Assembly (NCBI GenBank): GCA_951406725.2 | Contig: OX597817.1 | Coordinates: 44,392,001-44,456,000 of the forward strand | Reading direction: 5' to 3' | Origin: Octopus vulgaris | Lineage: Eukaryota | DNA: 64,000 nt | Shown: piece after piece, positions 26,030 through 37,747 of the stretch | Layout: every line of letters starts with the position of its first letter | Numbering within the stretch: the first letter of the stretch is position 1 | Position numbers and translations under genes: made by a program | Notes under the pieces: model-generated | What the model was told of the DNA's origin: nothing | Databases searched by the model: none | The model's input: the letters and a program-made list of their open reading frames with translations, nothing else

Positions 26030-26593
26030 TTGGGTTGTCCGGAAAGTTCGTGCCGATTTATAGTAGCTTACATTTCGACTTATTTTAGAACGTGGTTCAG
26101 TCCATAAAATAGGATTTTACTACACCTCCATTTAGAGCACAGTTTAAGCTATCTTTTCGTGAAAGAAGGTTTATGTTCCTATAATCTGTGTTAATTCTGT
26201 AACCTTTAAAATGGAAGATAAGGAAGATCATTTTCGGTACTTGATGCTTAGGGAACCAGATAAAAATTGCTGCAGCTCGGCTGGGATGTGTTACCCAACC
26301 CTCCATATTCACCAGATATTGTTCCTTCAGATTTCTACTTATTCAGGTCTCTGCAGAATAGTCTTAATGGTAAAAAATTCAATTTCTTGGATGACGTAAA
26401 ACGATACCTTGATGAATTCTTTGCCATGAAATCACCTCAATTCTGGGAAGGGGTATTTTCAAGTTAAGGGAAAGATGGAGACGCATTGTGCAACAAAATG
26501 GTTCCTATTTGGTTGATTAAAAATGTAATGACAAGTATTTATTGACCTTTTTCTTTCCTTTAAAAATTGGCACGAACTCTCCGGACAACCCAA
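26030..26593 (+). mobile_element. internally deleted mariner transposon
   Basis: TIRs TTGGGTTGTCCGGAAAGTTCGTGCCGATTT and AAATTGGCACGAACTCTCCGGACAACCCAA, TA on both flanks. Transposase N-terminus MEDKEDHFRYLML is fused to WDVLPNPPYSPDIVPSDFYLFRSLQN (mariner YSPDLAPxD motif). Confidence 0.95.
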
Positions 26594-28340
26594 TATTTCT
26601 CAGATGTTGTGAAGTATATATTTAACCAGTGACTTTCAAGCGATAGCTAGTAAAAACAATGACAAAAAGCGAAAGTCAAATTTGAAACTGTAATCGTAAA
26701 ATGGTTTCTATAAGGCCTTTTCTTTCATTTTCATCTACGTATTATATATATCACCGCTCGAAATCTCACAGCCGCTTTGTAAATATTCTATTTTGAAGAT
26801 TAGCACAAGCTTCCTATCTAACATTTTGTATGGTTATATTGGATACATGCACTTAGTTCAATCATATCTACTATCGACGTTTAAATAAAGCAAGTTGAAT
26901 GAAAAATATAGTTTTAACGATGCATGCAAACTGTTCCAACTGATATTTTTATAAACAAATTCATGCGATAAATAGAGTCCATCGTTTGACCTTTCACGAA
27001 CAGATGTATTTATCAATGATTGATTCGTTATATTAACCTTTCCCCATAATAATCTATTGGCAGTTCTCGTCACCTCGATAACCCAAAGCATATAGATTGG
27101 TGCCATGCCCAGAAACACATCAAGCCGCATGCAACAGATTTTATCTCTGGACAGTTGGCCGAGTAAACTAATATTATAATTGTACGGCGATTTATTCTCA
27201 CAAATACATACATAGAAAGATTCAAAAGATTCTCTGTCTGAGATTCTTTAGGAGAAAAGATGCACATACTTGGATGCGTGCATCGACGGTTGAACTAACA
27301 CATCAACTCAGCCACTCATTTCTAAACACCGGGAACTCTCTTAACTCATAAAGACTTGTCACTTCATTAGCAACCGGCTTGAACTCACTTGAGAAAAACT
27401 TAATTAAAACTCAATGAAAAAACATGTACGCATACATACATACATTTATCATTTAAGTATATGAACATGACTAGATATGCAAATATATACATGAGAAGAC
27501 TTACATAAAACAGAAGATACAGGTCTGCAGGTATGCATGAATACATACATACATACATACATACATACATACATACATACATACATACATACATAACCTG
27601 TTGTTGATGTTGAAATTTTGATGAAGGAACCTTGGATCTAAGTTAGAAACCAGCTCTTTCTCTATTGGCAAGAAATCTTGAAATAAAACTGAAAAATGTC
27701 GTACATACACACACACATACATACATACATACATAAATACATACATACACTATATAGGTATTTATATATGTATGTTTGTATATCTTGGCGTGTAAACAAT
27801 TCCTGAGTATGGCTTTAAACTGCATCAACTAGTGGGGACTTGGTATGGGAGTTTTTCAAGAGTGTGGAACCATCTCTTAACCACGGTTTTCCCCAGGTCT
27901 ACTCTGACCCGGAATTGTAGGACCTATCATGATCTTAGCTAAGTGTTAACTACCATGCGAACCACTAGACGTGAAGGATCCTAGTTCTTGTTAGAATTTC
28001 CTTCCAGAGAAGGCAAGCTCGTATAAAAGCCCAAAAGTGTAGTCGGTTCCTAGTAGTCTCAACCTCTGTTGTGCCATCGGTTTTATAGCCGGTTTCGCAG
28101 AAAAGGGATGCGGTGCTGTGCAACATTCTATTCACTCAAAACAAATTCCCGCACAGGAAGTTCTTAGATACTTGGAACAATTGTATAGGCTAACTGAGCA
28201 TATACACATGCGCAGAAAATGTTGCTATAGGAACCAGTCTGCTTCAGCTACATGACGGCGACTGGTTGCTATAGCTACAACAATCTGTGGAAGTCACCTT
28301 ACTCCTTTATCCCTCACACATCTGAGCAACAGGTTTTCCA

Positions 28341-28382
28341 AATGTCCTGATGAAGGGGTCATAAACCCGAAATATAGAAATT
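28341..28382 (+). ncRNA. minimal type I hammerhead-ribozyme-like fold (C3-G8)
   Basis: AATGTC-CTGATGA-AG-GGG-TCATAAA-CCC-GAAA-TA-TA-GAAATT. Stem I has 5 of 6 pairs. About 65 bp upstream of (TA)n. Confidence 0.6.
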
Positions 28383-28447
28383 CAAAGTGAAACTGCAGCT
28401 TTGTACCTTTTCGCATTGTTCTGGTTTTACTCAACAAACCTCTTTAA

Positions 28448-28485
<38 letters not shown>

Positions 28486-28544
28486 AAGGGTGAAAAGGAA
28501 CACACAAGTCAAAATAGAAAATACTAAAATAATTTTATAAAGAA

Positions 28545-28592
28545 CATTTCAGTACCGGTTTCGGTCATTTTGAGACCTTTTCAACTGTAACG
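28545..28592 (-). ncRNA. minimal type I hammerhead ribozyme, U3-A8 variant
   Basis: Minus strand: CGTTACAG-TTGAAAA-GGTC-TCAAAAT-GACC-GAAA-CCGG-TA-CTGAAATG. Stem I has 7 of 8 pairs, stem II is 4 bp, stem III is the palindrome ACCGGT, cleavage triplet GUA. Confidence 0.7.
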
Positions 28593-28959
28593 ATTAAATA
28601 ATTAAATTTAGAAAAATTAAAAGAAAAGTTTTTTTAAAGGAATATTTGTATAGTGTTTAAATATAAGTGGCATTCTGCCTTTCTCTGTCTCCCTTGTTTG
28701 CACTTGTGTGTTCGAGGCCGTTGTGAATTCTTTGTAGGGTAGAAGAAGAAGAAGGTTGATGAGGAGAGGGAGTGGACAAATTTGGGAGTGCCTTGATGGT
28801 CGTATTTTGAATGGTCAGTGGCGGCTAGCAGTTGCAGTTCAATTCAGGAGAATATTTCTATTGAAAGGTTTGTTTATGGAATTTGAGTAGGTGTTATACT
28901 AAAAAGCATTAGTGATAAAGTTAAGAGGTAGAAGGTGAAGAAGAAGAAGATATATATAC

Positions 28960-28991
<32 letters not shown>

Positions 28992-28994
28992 ACT

Positions 28995-29258
28995 CTTTAC
29001 TCTCTCTCTCTCTCTCTCTTGTATTTGTTTCAGTCATTTGACTGCGGCCATGCTGGAGCACCACCTTTAGTCGAGCAAATCGACCCCAGGACTTATTCTT
29101 TGTAAGCCTAATGCTTATTCTATCGGTCTCTGCCGAACCGCTAGGTTACGGGGACGTAAACACACCAGATTCGGTTGTCAAGCGATGTTAGGGGAGAAAT
29201 ACAGACAACAAACAAACATGCACATACACACACACACGCACACACGCACATACGCACA

Positions 29259-29312
<54 letters not shown>

Positions 29313-29412
29313 CATATATACGACGGGCTTCTTTCAGTTTCCGTCTACCAAATCCACTTACAAGGCGTTGGTCGGGTCGAGGCTATAGTAGAAGACACTT
29401 GCCCTAGATGCC
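28995..29412 (-). mobile_element. family D SINE, 5'-truncated, followed by an inverted tail fragment (29415-29480)
   Basis: Reverse complement of 43790-44150, including the internal (CA)n(TA)n. Confidence 0.9.
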
Positions 29413-29569
29413 ACGATTTGTTCGGCTAAAGGCGGTGCTTCAGCATGGCCACAGTCAGATGACTGAAACGCATAAAAGAATATATATGTATATATATATA
29501 TATATATATATCACCGTCACTGTGATCACCGTGACCGACCAGACTATCAGATGTTGCTACACATCGCTG

Positions 29570-29600
<31 letters not shown>

Positions 29601-31449
29601 GCATCAATAGACCATACATAACGCTAGAAACATCCATGAAGGCTTCTACAACATCATAATAATTACTTGCTCTTCCACTCACTCAAGAGACAAATAACGA
29701 ACATATTTTCACCTCACAACAATTCACTGGCTCTAAACCCTCTGTTGAACTGCACATCATCAACATTAAGTTTAGAGGAACGACTGATGCCACAGTCTGA
29801 TCTAATTCTCCTTGGCCATCTCTGCTGTGGTTGCCACCAGAATCTGCATGTGTACAGAAATAGGCGGGAAAATGGATTCAGTGTGTTATGTCCAACTGCA
29901 GAATGTACTTTCTATAAATGAACCCTTTAAACTAGAGTGTGCGGTTTGTCTTAAACCAGGCCGAGACATGGTATAAATTGCAAGATGCCTCCTTGGGTTC
30001 TACTTGTGCCATTGCCTCTTCGATCAAAGCCAAATCATGGTTACACATCAAAAGACGTTGCTGAACACGAGATGAGTTGCATCAGGCTATATATGTGTGT
30101 GTGATTGTATATATATGAATGTATATATATGTGTGTGTGTATACATACACACACATATACATATACGTATGTATTGACAGCTTAATAGACAAGTCATTGT
30201 GTACTTAGTGGACATTTCATAAATATAATGTTGCTGGGTCATTCGGGGTACAGGGTCTGGGATCTTCCTCTGCTTGTTGTTGGTTGGTTCAAAATTTGTC
30301 AATACATCACTTCTTAGATGCCCTAATGTGTCTTTCCTTTCTAAGGAAAGGTAATAAAGGAAGATTTGGCTGCTATTTTTACCTGGATGAACGACCGCAT
30401 AGAAACACATTATCCTATCTGTACAAAACGTCGTCCACATATATTTGATATTGTTGGATACATCACAGAAGCCGGAGGTAGATTTACCTAACTCTAACCA
30501 TTTCTATGGTAAGATATTATTGAATGTAAGAATGATAGATAGTGTATAACATATTATAGACTGCTGCACAAATAGCAAATAAATCAATTGAGGTTCTGCC
30601 ATTGAACTTAAGCTTGCTGTTCGTGGCAGGGGTAGAAGGAAATTGTTGAAACTGATGACAAGTCCACACAATATCTGAAAGCTTAAGTTTTACTCACTTT
30701 CATAAATCTTATCTCAAATAGTAGAGAGAAGAAACAAAATTCAGTTGTCTTTTCTATCTTAGCTGAATTTGGCTTAACATAAAGCAATTTTGTTTCTTTT
30801 GCTGTCTTCATTCTTTCCCTTTTCAGTTGACATTTGCCTTACGTTAAAAATGACCCGATAACAAATAGCTTTTTTTTTTGTCTTCGTCTACTTCTTTTTC
30901 AAACCAGGAGTCATATCAAGCGTATAGCTATGGTTTGTGTTGATGGAATAAAAGCAATACCAACGCTTGATATGGAAGATAGTAAAGTAGATGTTTCAAA
31001 AAGGCAAGCTTGTGAAGAAGTTTTCATAGGAAGTATTGATTTCTGGATTAATTATAAGTGAGTAGAATGCGAAAATAGATTTTCCAAAATAACAGAAGGT
31101 TGCTGTAACTACATAAACGTAGTCACGGTATACTTTAAAAAAAAATGTTTTGATCTAGAATGAAGAATTGTACATGTTTAACAAAATTCTAGAATTATCT
31201 AAGAACAATTTATCCGAAGAAAGGTTTTATTGCATCACGCCCGTGTCCTTATTGTTTGGTTTCTAAATTTTCCTTCATTGCCCTCTTATGTATAAAACGT
31301 GTTCTTGTTATTGTTGTTGTTACTTCCTTCATTTTTCCTTTTAACACTAAAACGTTTCTCTTCGCCTGCTTCTAATTAATTTCCTAAACTCAGTACTTCA
31401 ACTTCTCTGTATAGCATAAATCGGCTCTAAAGTGGTAATGCCGGGACAA

Positions 31450-31890
31450 TTCTAGTAGTTTTCTGGTTCTTCTATTCACTTAAGTTCCAATCTATCATGT
31501 TGAAGCACTATTTTCATATAATGGAATGCAATAATAAATTTTATGACTGGGACGCTTAGTATGCTTATAACAATTATGTTATTTCCAGCATTTAGTTCAG
31601 TTCTTAATATTCGTATAACACTTCTGCAACACAAATTTCACCGAGTTGTATTTTATTAGCTGCATTGATCTGACTGATTCTGTTCTGAATCTCTGACTTC
31701 GGTGTGCTTCTACTCAGACTAGATTTCACATGAAAATTATTATTAGGTTCTCCAGAATAGCATCAAGTCATCTTTGTAGCGAAAACGTTTACAACGTGAC
31801 GGCATCATTTATAACCACTGGTTGTTTAATTAAAAAATATTCGTAAATTGAGTTAAGGCTACGCAGGAGAGTGGCTAATTGGGTTGGTTT
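31450..31890 (-). mobile_element. old R4/Dong-type RT fragment
   Basis: Across frameshifts: PLSCVALTQFT...LNN..GYK...YKDDLMLF, paralleling PLPFCLALSPL...GYK...YMDDLKLY of the 21244 element. Confidence 0.4.
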
Positions 31891-32233
31891 TAATGATCTT
31901 TTGTTTTCGTTGCAGTGAAATGTTTGCTGTTCTTTTTATCATTCTCGATGCAATGTGTTAGTTAATTAATATGTACCGTTTCCAATACTTAAAAGTATGA
32001 TATACCACCAGCTGTTTGTTTTTTTTTCTTTTTTGCTAATCAGTCGGTGGCATGATAATTTTCCCCTAATATTATCTAATTTTGATAATGTTCAGTTGCT
32101 TAGTAGCTGCAATTTACAATATACATAATTTTTCTACACCCTTTTTACACACCTGGTTAAATGTTGTTTGCTAACAAGTGGCTAAATGAACAAAGCGACA
32201 GAGTTACACAGAGATCGGCACTTCATACGGAAA

Positions 32234-32279
<46 letters not shown>

Positions 32280-32354
32280 TATATATATATATATACACAC
32301 ACACATATATATATGTATATACATGTGTGTGTATATATACATATATATATAGAT

Positions 32355-32653
32355 GTGGAGGCGCAATGGCCCAGTGGTTAGGGCAGCGAACTCGCGGTCG
32401 TAGAATCGCAGTTTCGATTCCCAGACCGGGCGTTGTGAGTATTTATTGAGTGAAAATACCTAAAGCTCCACGACGCTCCAGCTGGGGTTGGTGTCGATCC
32501 CTGCTGTTCACTTTCACTGCAACTTTCTCTCACTCTTTCTTCTGTTGGCCTGCTCGCTTAGCCAGCGGGGTGGCGTCATTTGAAGGCTAAAACAATGCGA
32601 AACACATTGTGACAAGTGATGTGCTGCAACAGCAATGTGTAGCAACATCTGAT
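32355..32653 (+). mobile_element. family A SINE head and body with a different 3' module
   Basis: Head GTGGAGGCGCAATGGCCCAGTGGTTAGGGC as in 37086-37473. The tail after AACTTTCTCTCACTCTTT is unrelated to the other family A tails. Confidence 0.85.
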
Positions 32654-33025
32654 ATAAACTTATATTATAAAACATACGTAATTAGGTAGTGAGAGAGAGA
32701 GAGAAAGAGAAAACAGCATGTATATATATATAAAAATTTATCTATCTATCTAGGTATATGTATGTATGTAAATATTTTTATATACACTTATGCCTGTATA
32801 GAGTACCCTTTTAATTCCCAATGACCACACAGGTCATTGTCCTGGTTTTGGAACTATGACATCTGCAACATTTACATCTTCAGTAAATTGGAAATGGCTA
32901 ACATAGGCACACAGTCAGCTGCACAAAATTACGCGCATAAGAGCACACTCTCTCACACACACATAGACTTACACGTACACATACAAACACACACTCCTCA
33001 CACAGACAAACACGCACAGACACAG

Positions 33026-33057
<32 letters not shown>

Positions 33058-33374
33058 ACAAGTAGGCGCACACCCAGTTACACACTCACAAACACTGGTG
33101 TTTATTACGAACAACATATCTAGTTATGAATGGTGGAAGCCAACCTTCCTTTCATGACTAGAACTATATAACTAGGCGGTGGCGTGGTTTTGTGGTAAGA
33201 AGCTTGTTTCCCAACCACATGGTTCCGAGTTCAGTCCCACTGCATGGCACCTTGTGCTAGTGTTTTCTACTATAGCCTGGGAGAACCAAAGCCTTGCGAG
33301 TGGATTTGGTAGATGGAAACTGAAAGAAGCCCGTCGTATATAAATATACACAGACACACGCACACACAGACACA

Positions 33375-33469
<95 letters not shown>

Positions 33470-33599
33470 CAAAATGGGAAAGAACGCAAAACATCCGGAC
33501 AATTAGGTGATACAAAAATGGGACAACAAAACATCCAGATAGACGATACAAACAAAACAAGGACGAGTCATTCGAAGTCACTCTTTTTCCTCCGCTCGT

Positions 33600-34042
33600 C
33601 GTCCATAAAAAATTCTTCGTTTGTAATACTTTTTTTCGTTCGGCGTCAAGAGCCCTTTTTATCTTGTTTTGCTTGTCCTGTCTTATACTGTTTACAATTT
33701 GCACTGTCGTTACTGTCCTGTTGTTACTATTTTTTACCCCTCTGCGAAAAGATCTCAGAATTTTAATTGATTTGCTTTTCGCAGGAAGGAAAGTTTTCTT
33801 GTCGAAGATACGTCTCGCTTTTATCCTTCGAAACGTAGAGTAGATGAAAGCTTTAGCGACTGAAGAAGGGTATTTTTCTTTGTGTTAATTGTCCTGTATT
33901 CTATATTTTTGTTGTTTTTAAATATATGTCCAGTTCCTTTGTGTCTATGTTTTCGTTTCTCATTGTGTTCGACGTCCTTTGGTGTCCTGTACTCATATAT
34001 GCGTGTATATGTACATGTAGAGGTAGGTAACGCACGCACCCA

Positions 34043-34045
<3 letters not shown>
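33600..34045 (+). mobile_element. (TA)n-adjacent non-coding repeat with a hammerhead-like multi-stem (copy 1), probably Penelope-derived
   Basis: Homologous to 39690-40030 (shared TACCCCTCTGC, CCTTCGAAAC, CTGANGAAGGG, GTTTTCGTTT.TCATTGTGTTCG, GGTGTCCTGTACTCATAT). Confidence 0.6.
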
Positions 34046-34099
<54 letters not shown>

Positions 34100-34300
34100 A
34101 TATATATATATATCTCAGTAATCAATATCGGGGTAATAAAGATTTTTAGAAATTTTTACTACTAGCAAATAAAATAAATGTTCGAAGAAATGTGGGTTTC
34201 TTTTTTGCTGCCGACAAAAAACTGTGCCTGCACGGTGGATTTGAAATATTATAATGTATAAGCAAGAGGCTGGTTATACTCCAGATTGCTCATACATAAA

Positions 34301-34498
34301 CAGTAGTACTTCGGTTTTCGAACAAGTCTCTCTATATATACTTTATATATAGATATAGATATATATAAAGCACGATTTATTCGTGATCAGAGGCGTTCGT
34401 AAACCGAGGTACTACTGTATTAAATGAATATGAGAAAGACAGGAAATAAAGTACAATTTATTTGTGATCAGAATTGTTCTTAAACCGAGGTTCTACTG
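34301..34498. mobile_element. pogo/Tigger-type MITE with a second right end
   Basis: CAGTAGTACTTCGGTTTTCGAAC (34301) pairs with GTTCGTAAACCGAGGTACTACTG-TA (ends 34417). The right end is repeated at 34461-34498. Confidence 0.75.
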
Positions 34499-34849
34499 TA
34501 TAGGATCTTTTCATTTCCACAAAACAGGCCTTGGAAATGAAAAGATCCACTGTGGATGATCCACTGTATATATATATATACATATATGTGTGTGTGTGTA
34601 TACATGTGTGTATATGATTTTGTGTCTATGTTTGCCCCCCTCCACCATCGTTTGACAACCGATGTTGGTGTGTTTGCGGTCCCAGTAACTTAGCTGTTCA
34701 GCATAAGATATCGATAAAATAAGTACTAGGCTTTCAGAGAGTAAGTAGATTTGTTCGACGAAAGGCGGTACTGCAGCATGGCCGCAGTCAAATGGCTGAA
34801 ACAAGTAAAAGAGTAAAAAAACAGAATTAGATCCGCTGATGACGTCATC

Positions 34850-35759
34850 CTGATACATCACCGTTATCACCATAACTATCAGCATTATGATAACCACCAG
34901 CATCACCATCGTCACCATAAACACAACTACGATACCATCTTAGTTACTGCGACTACTACCATCACTACCAACGCCACAGCCGCTGCCGCCGTCACCACCA
35001 CCACCACCACCACCACCACCACCTTCAACACTACTAGCATCTGCGCCAGCGCCACCATCATCACTAGCATCATCAACACGATTGTCGTCGTTATCGTCAG
35101 CATCTTCATTCTCATCATCCTCCTCATCATCATCATCTTATAAACATGACCCCGATTATCATGTCAACTACTACCAACAGCACCACCTCCACTATCATAA
35201 CCACTACCACAACAGCAGCACTGTCACCTCCTTCTCTTCTTCCTCCCCTCCTCCTTCTCCGCATCCCTCTCCTACTCTTTCTCCCTCTCCAACTCTTCCT
35301 CCATCTCCAACTCTTCCTCCATGTCCTACTCTTCCTCCCTCTCCTACTCTTCTTTATCCTCCTCCTCATCATAAACATAATCACAGCCATCAGCACAACT
35401 ACCACCATCACTCTCAACCCACACCACCACCACCATCACAATCATCATCATCATCATCATCATCGCCGTCGTCGTCGGCGACATCATCACAATCATCATC
35501 AACATCATCATCATCATAATCATCATCATATTTACCATCGTCGTCGTCGTCGTCATCTTCATCATCATCATCATCTCTATCTTCATCATCATCACTATCT
35601 TCGTCGTCGTCATCATCATCATCACAATCATCATCATCGTCGACGTCATCACCATCTTCGTCGTCATCATCATCGTCGTCGTCATCATCATCATCATCAT
35701 CATCATCACCATCTTCGTCGTCGTCATCATCATCATCATCGTCGACGTTATCACCATCT

Positions 35760-35824
<65 letters not shown>

Positions 35825-35919
35825 GTCGTCGTCGTCGTCGTCATTGTCATCACCGCCATCATCTACCTTCTTTCAAGAGAAATCGTTCACCCATATCTTT
35901 ATTTATAGTTTTAATCATT

Positions 35920-35990
<71 letters not shown>
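34850..35990. repeat. compound trinucleotide region (CAC/CAT/CGT)n with an 18-bp minisatellite and (AAT)n
   Basis: Seen directly. 18-bp unit CTCCWACTCTTCCTCCMT at about 35268-35355. Confidence 0.95.
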
Positions 35991-35992
<2 letters not shown>

Positions 35993-36195
35993 TCACTTTG
36001 TACAAAAGGTTGGTTGGTTGGTTGGTTTGGCACAGGAAGCGAAAAACAGTGAATGGCAGAGACGAGCCTAAAATGACTTCGTCGCTAAACTATACGGCAT
36101 TCGTGGTTCGTGTGAAAGTTGTTTCTATGAACTTAGTTAAGAAGCAGTGCGTCTTCAATTGATTGCTGTCGTCTTACCACTTATCACCACATCTG

Positions 36196-36233
<38 letters not shown>

Positions 36234-36407
36234 ACGCATGCACACACACACACACACATATACACGCTCAAACGAACACATACCCACAATCCGTCTTCCA
36301 CTCAAGACTTAACCTTTTAACTGACATTTATCTCGAATCTGCCATACCACCCATCCTTTCCTCAGATTCTCATCAATGCCCGCGTACAAACACACACACA
36401 GACACGC

Positions 36408-36463
<56 letters not shown>

Positions 36464-37085
36464 ACACACACACACACCAAGACACATACACACACACACA
36501 CACACTCACACATTTACACAAAAACATACAGGTCCATTCAGAAACACGTGATCGCCAACACACATACCAGCGTCCATCTTGTCTGATTGTCTTTAGTAAA
36601 TGGCGCTGTTATGTTGACGATGATGGTGGTAATGATGATGGTGTTCTTGCTCCTGCTGCTACTGCTGCTGCTGCTGATGGTGCCTTATTGCAAACTTTAA
36701 GAAGCAAAGCATCTCTGGTAATTGCTAGCTCTTATTATTTTCCACTTAACGTGTTCAGGTGTAATCGTGTTATTCCGTTTCTGTAGCTTGTCCCACGCAC
36801 GCACACACGCGCACACACATACTCACACAAAGCCACAACACATGCATACACACACGCGCACACACACACATAGACACGCACAAAAACACACACACAATCA
36901 CAACACGCACACACGCACGCAGAAACATACACACATACGCACACACAGACACACACATACGCACACACAGACACACACATACGCACACACAGACACACAT
37001 ATACGCACACACAGACACACACACTCACACACACACATACACACACAACACACACATCATACACATTTACGTGTGTGAGTAGTAT

Positions 37086-37473
37086 GTGGAAGCACTCCGT
37101 CGGTTACGACGACAAGGGTTCCGGTTGATCCGAATCAACGGAACAGCCTGCTCGTGAAATTAACGTGTAAGTGGCTGAGCACTCCACAGACACGTGTACC
37201 CTTAACGTAGTTCTCGGGGATATTCAGCGTGACACAGAGAGTGCCAAGGCCGGCCCTTTGAAATACAGGTACAACAGAAACAGGAAGTAAGAATGAGAGA
37301 AAGTTGTGGTGAAAGAGTACAGCAGGAATCACCACCATCCCCTGCCGGAGCCTCATGGAGCTTTTTAGGTGTTTTCGCTCAATAAACACTCACAACGCCC
37401 GGTCTGGGAATCGAAACCGCGATCCTATGACCGCGAGTCCGCTGCCCTAACCACTGGGCCATTGCGCTTCCAC
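37086..37473 (-). mobile_element. family A SINE with a third type of 3' module
   Basis: TSD GTGTGAGTAGTAT at 37073-37085 and 37474-37486. Tail module shared with 56845-57030. Confidence 0.9.
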
Positions 37474-37747
37474 GTGTGAGTAGTATATACATGGGTGTGC
37501 ACAAATTCCACCAAGCAGTATAAAAAAATTATCTCCCTTTGTTACCTCTCTCTTTGGGCACCCAACGTATATACTGCTTTTACTTGCGTCAGTTATTGGA
37601 CAGCAGCTATGATGGGCACTTCCTTGAAGAGTTTTAGCCAAACACATCAACCCTACTACCTACTTTTAAGTATGGTTCTTATTCTAGCAGTGTTTGTTTT
37701 CGAACTACTATATATATATATATATGCATATATATATATATGTATAT

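Noticed and set aside
26858-27267. Cys-containing ORFs suggesting a PAN/apple or Ig domain
   Set aside because: Cys pattern is incomplete and split across frames, with no splice support.
29595-30085. Possible further RTE 3' end (EIASIDHT...IHEG)
   Set aside because: Only one short degenerate motif, not enough to call.
35146-36162. Longest ORF (338 aa, poly-His/Arg/Asn) as a histidine-rich structural protein
   Set aside because: Composed of (CAT)n, (CGT)n and (AAT)n with almost no synonymous variation, and other frames are open too.
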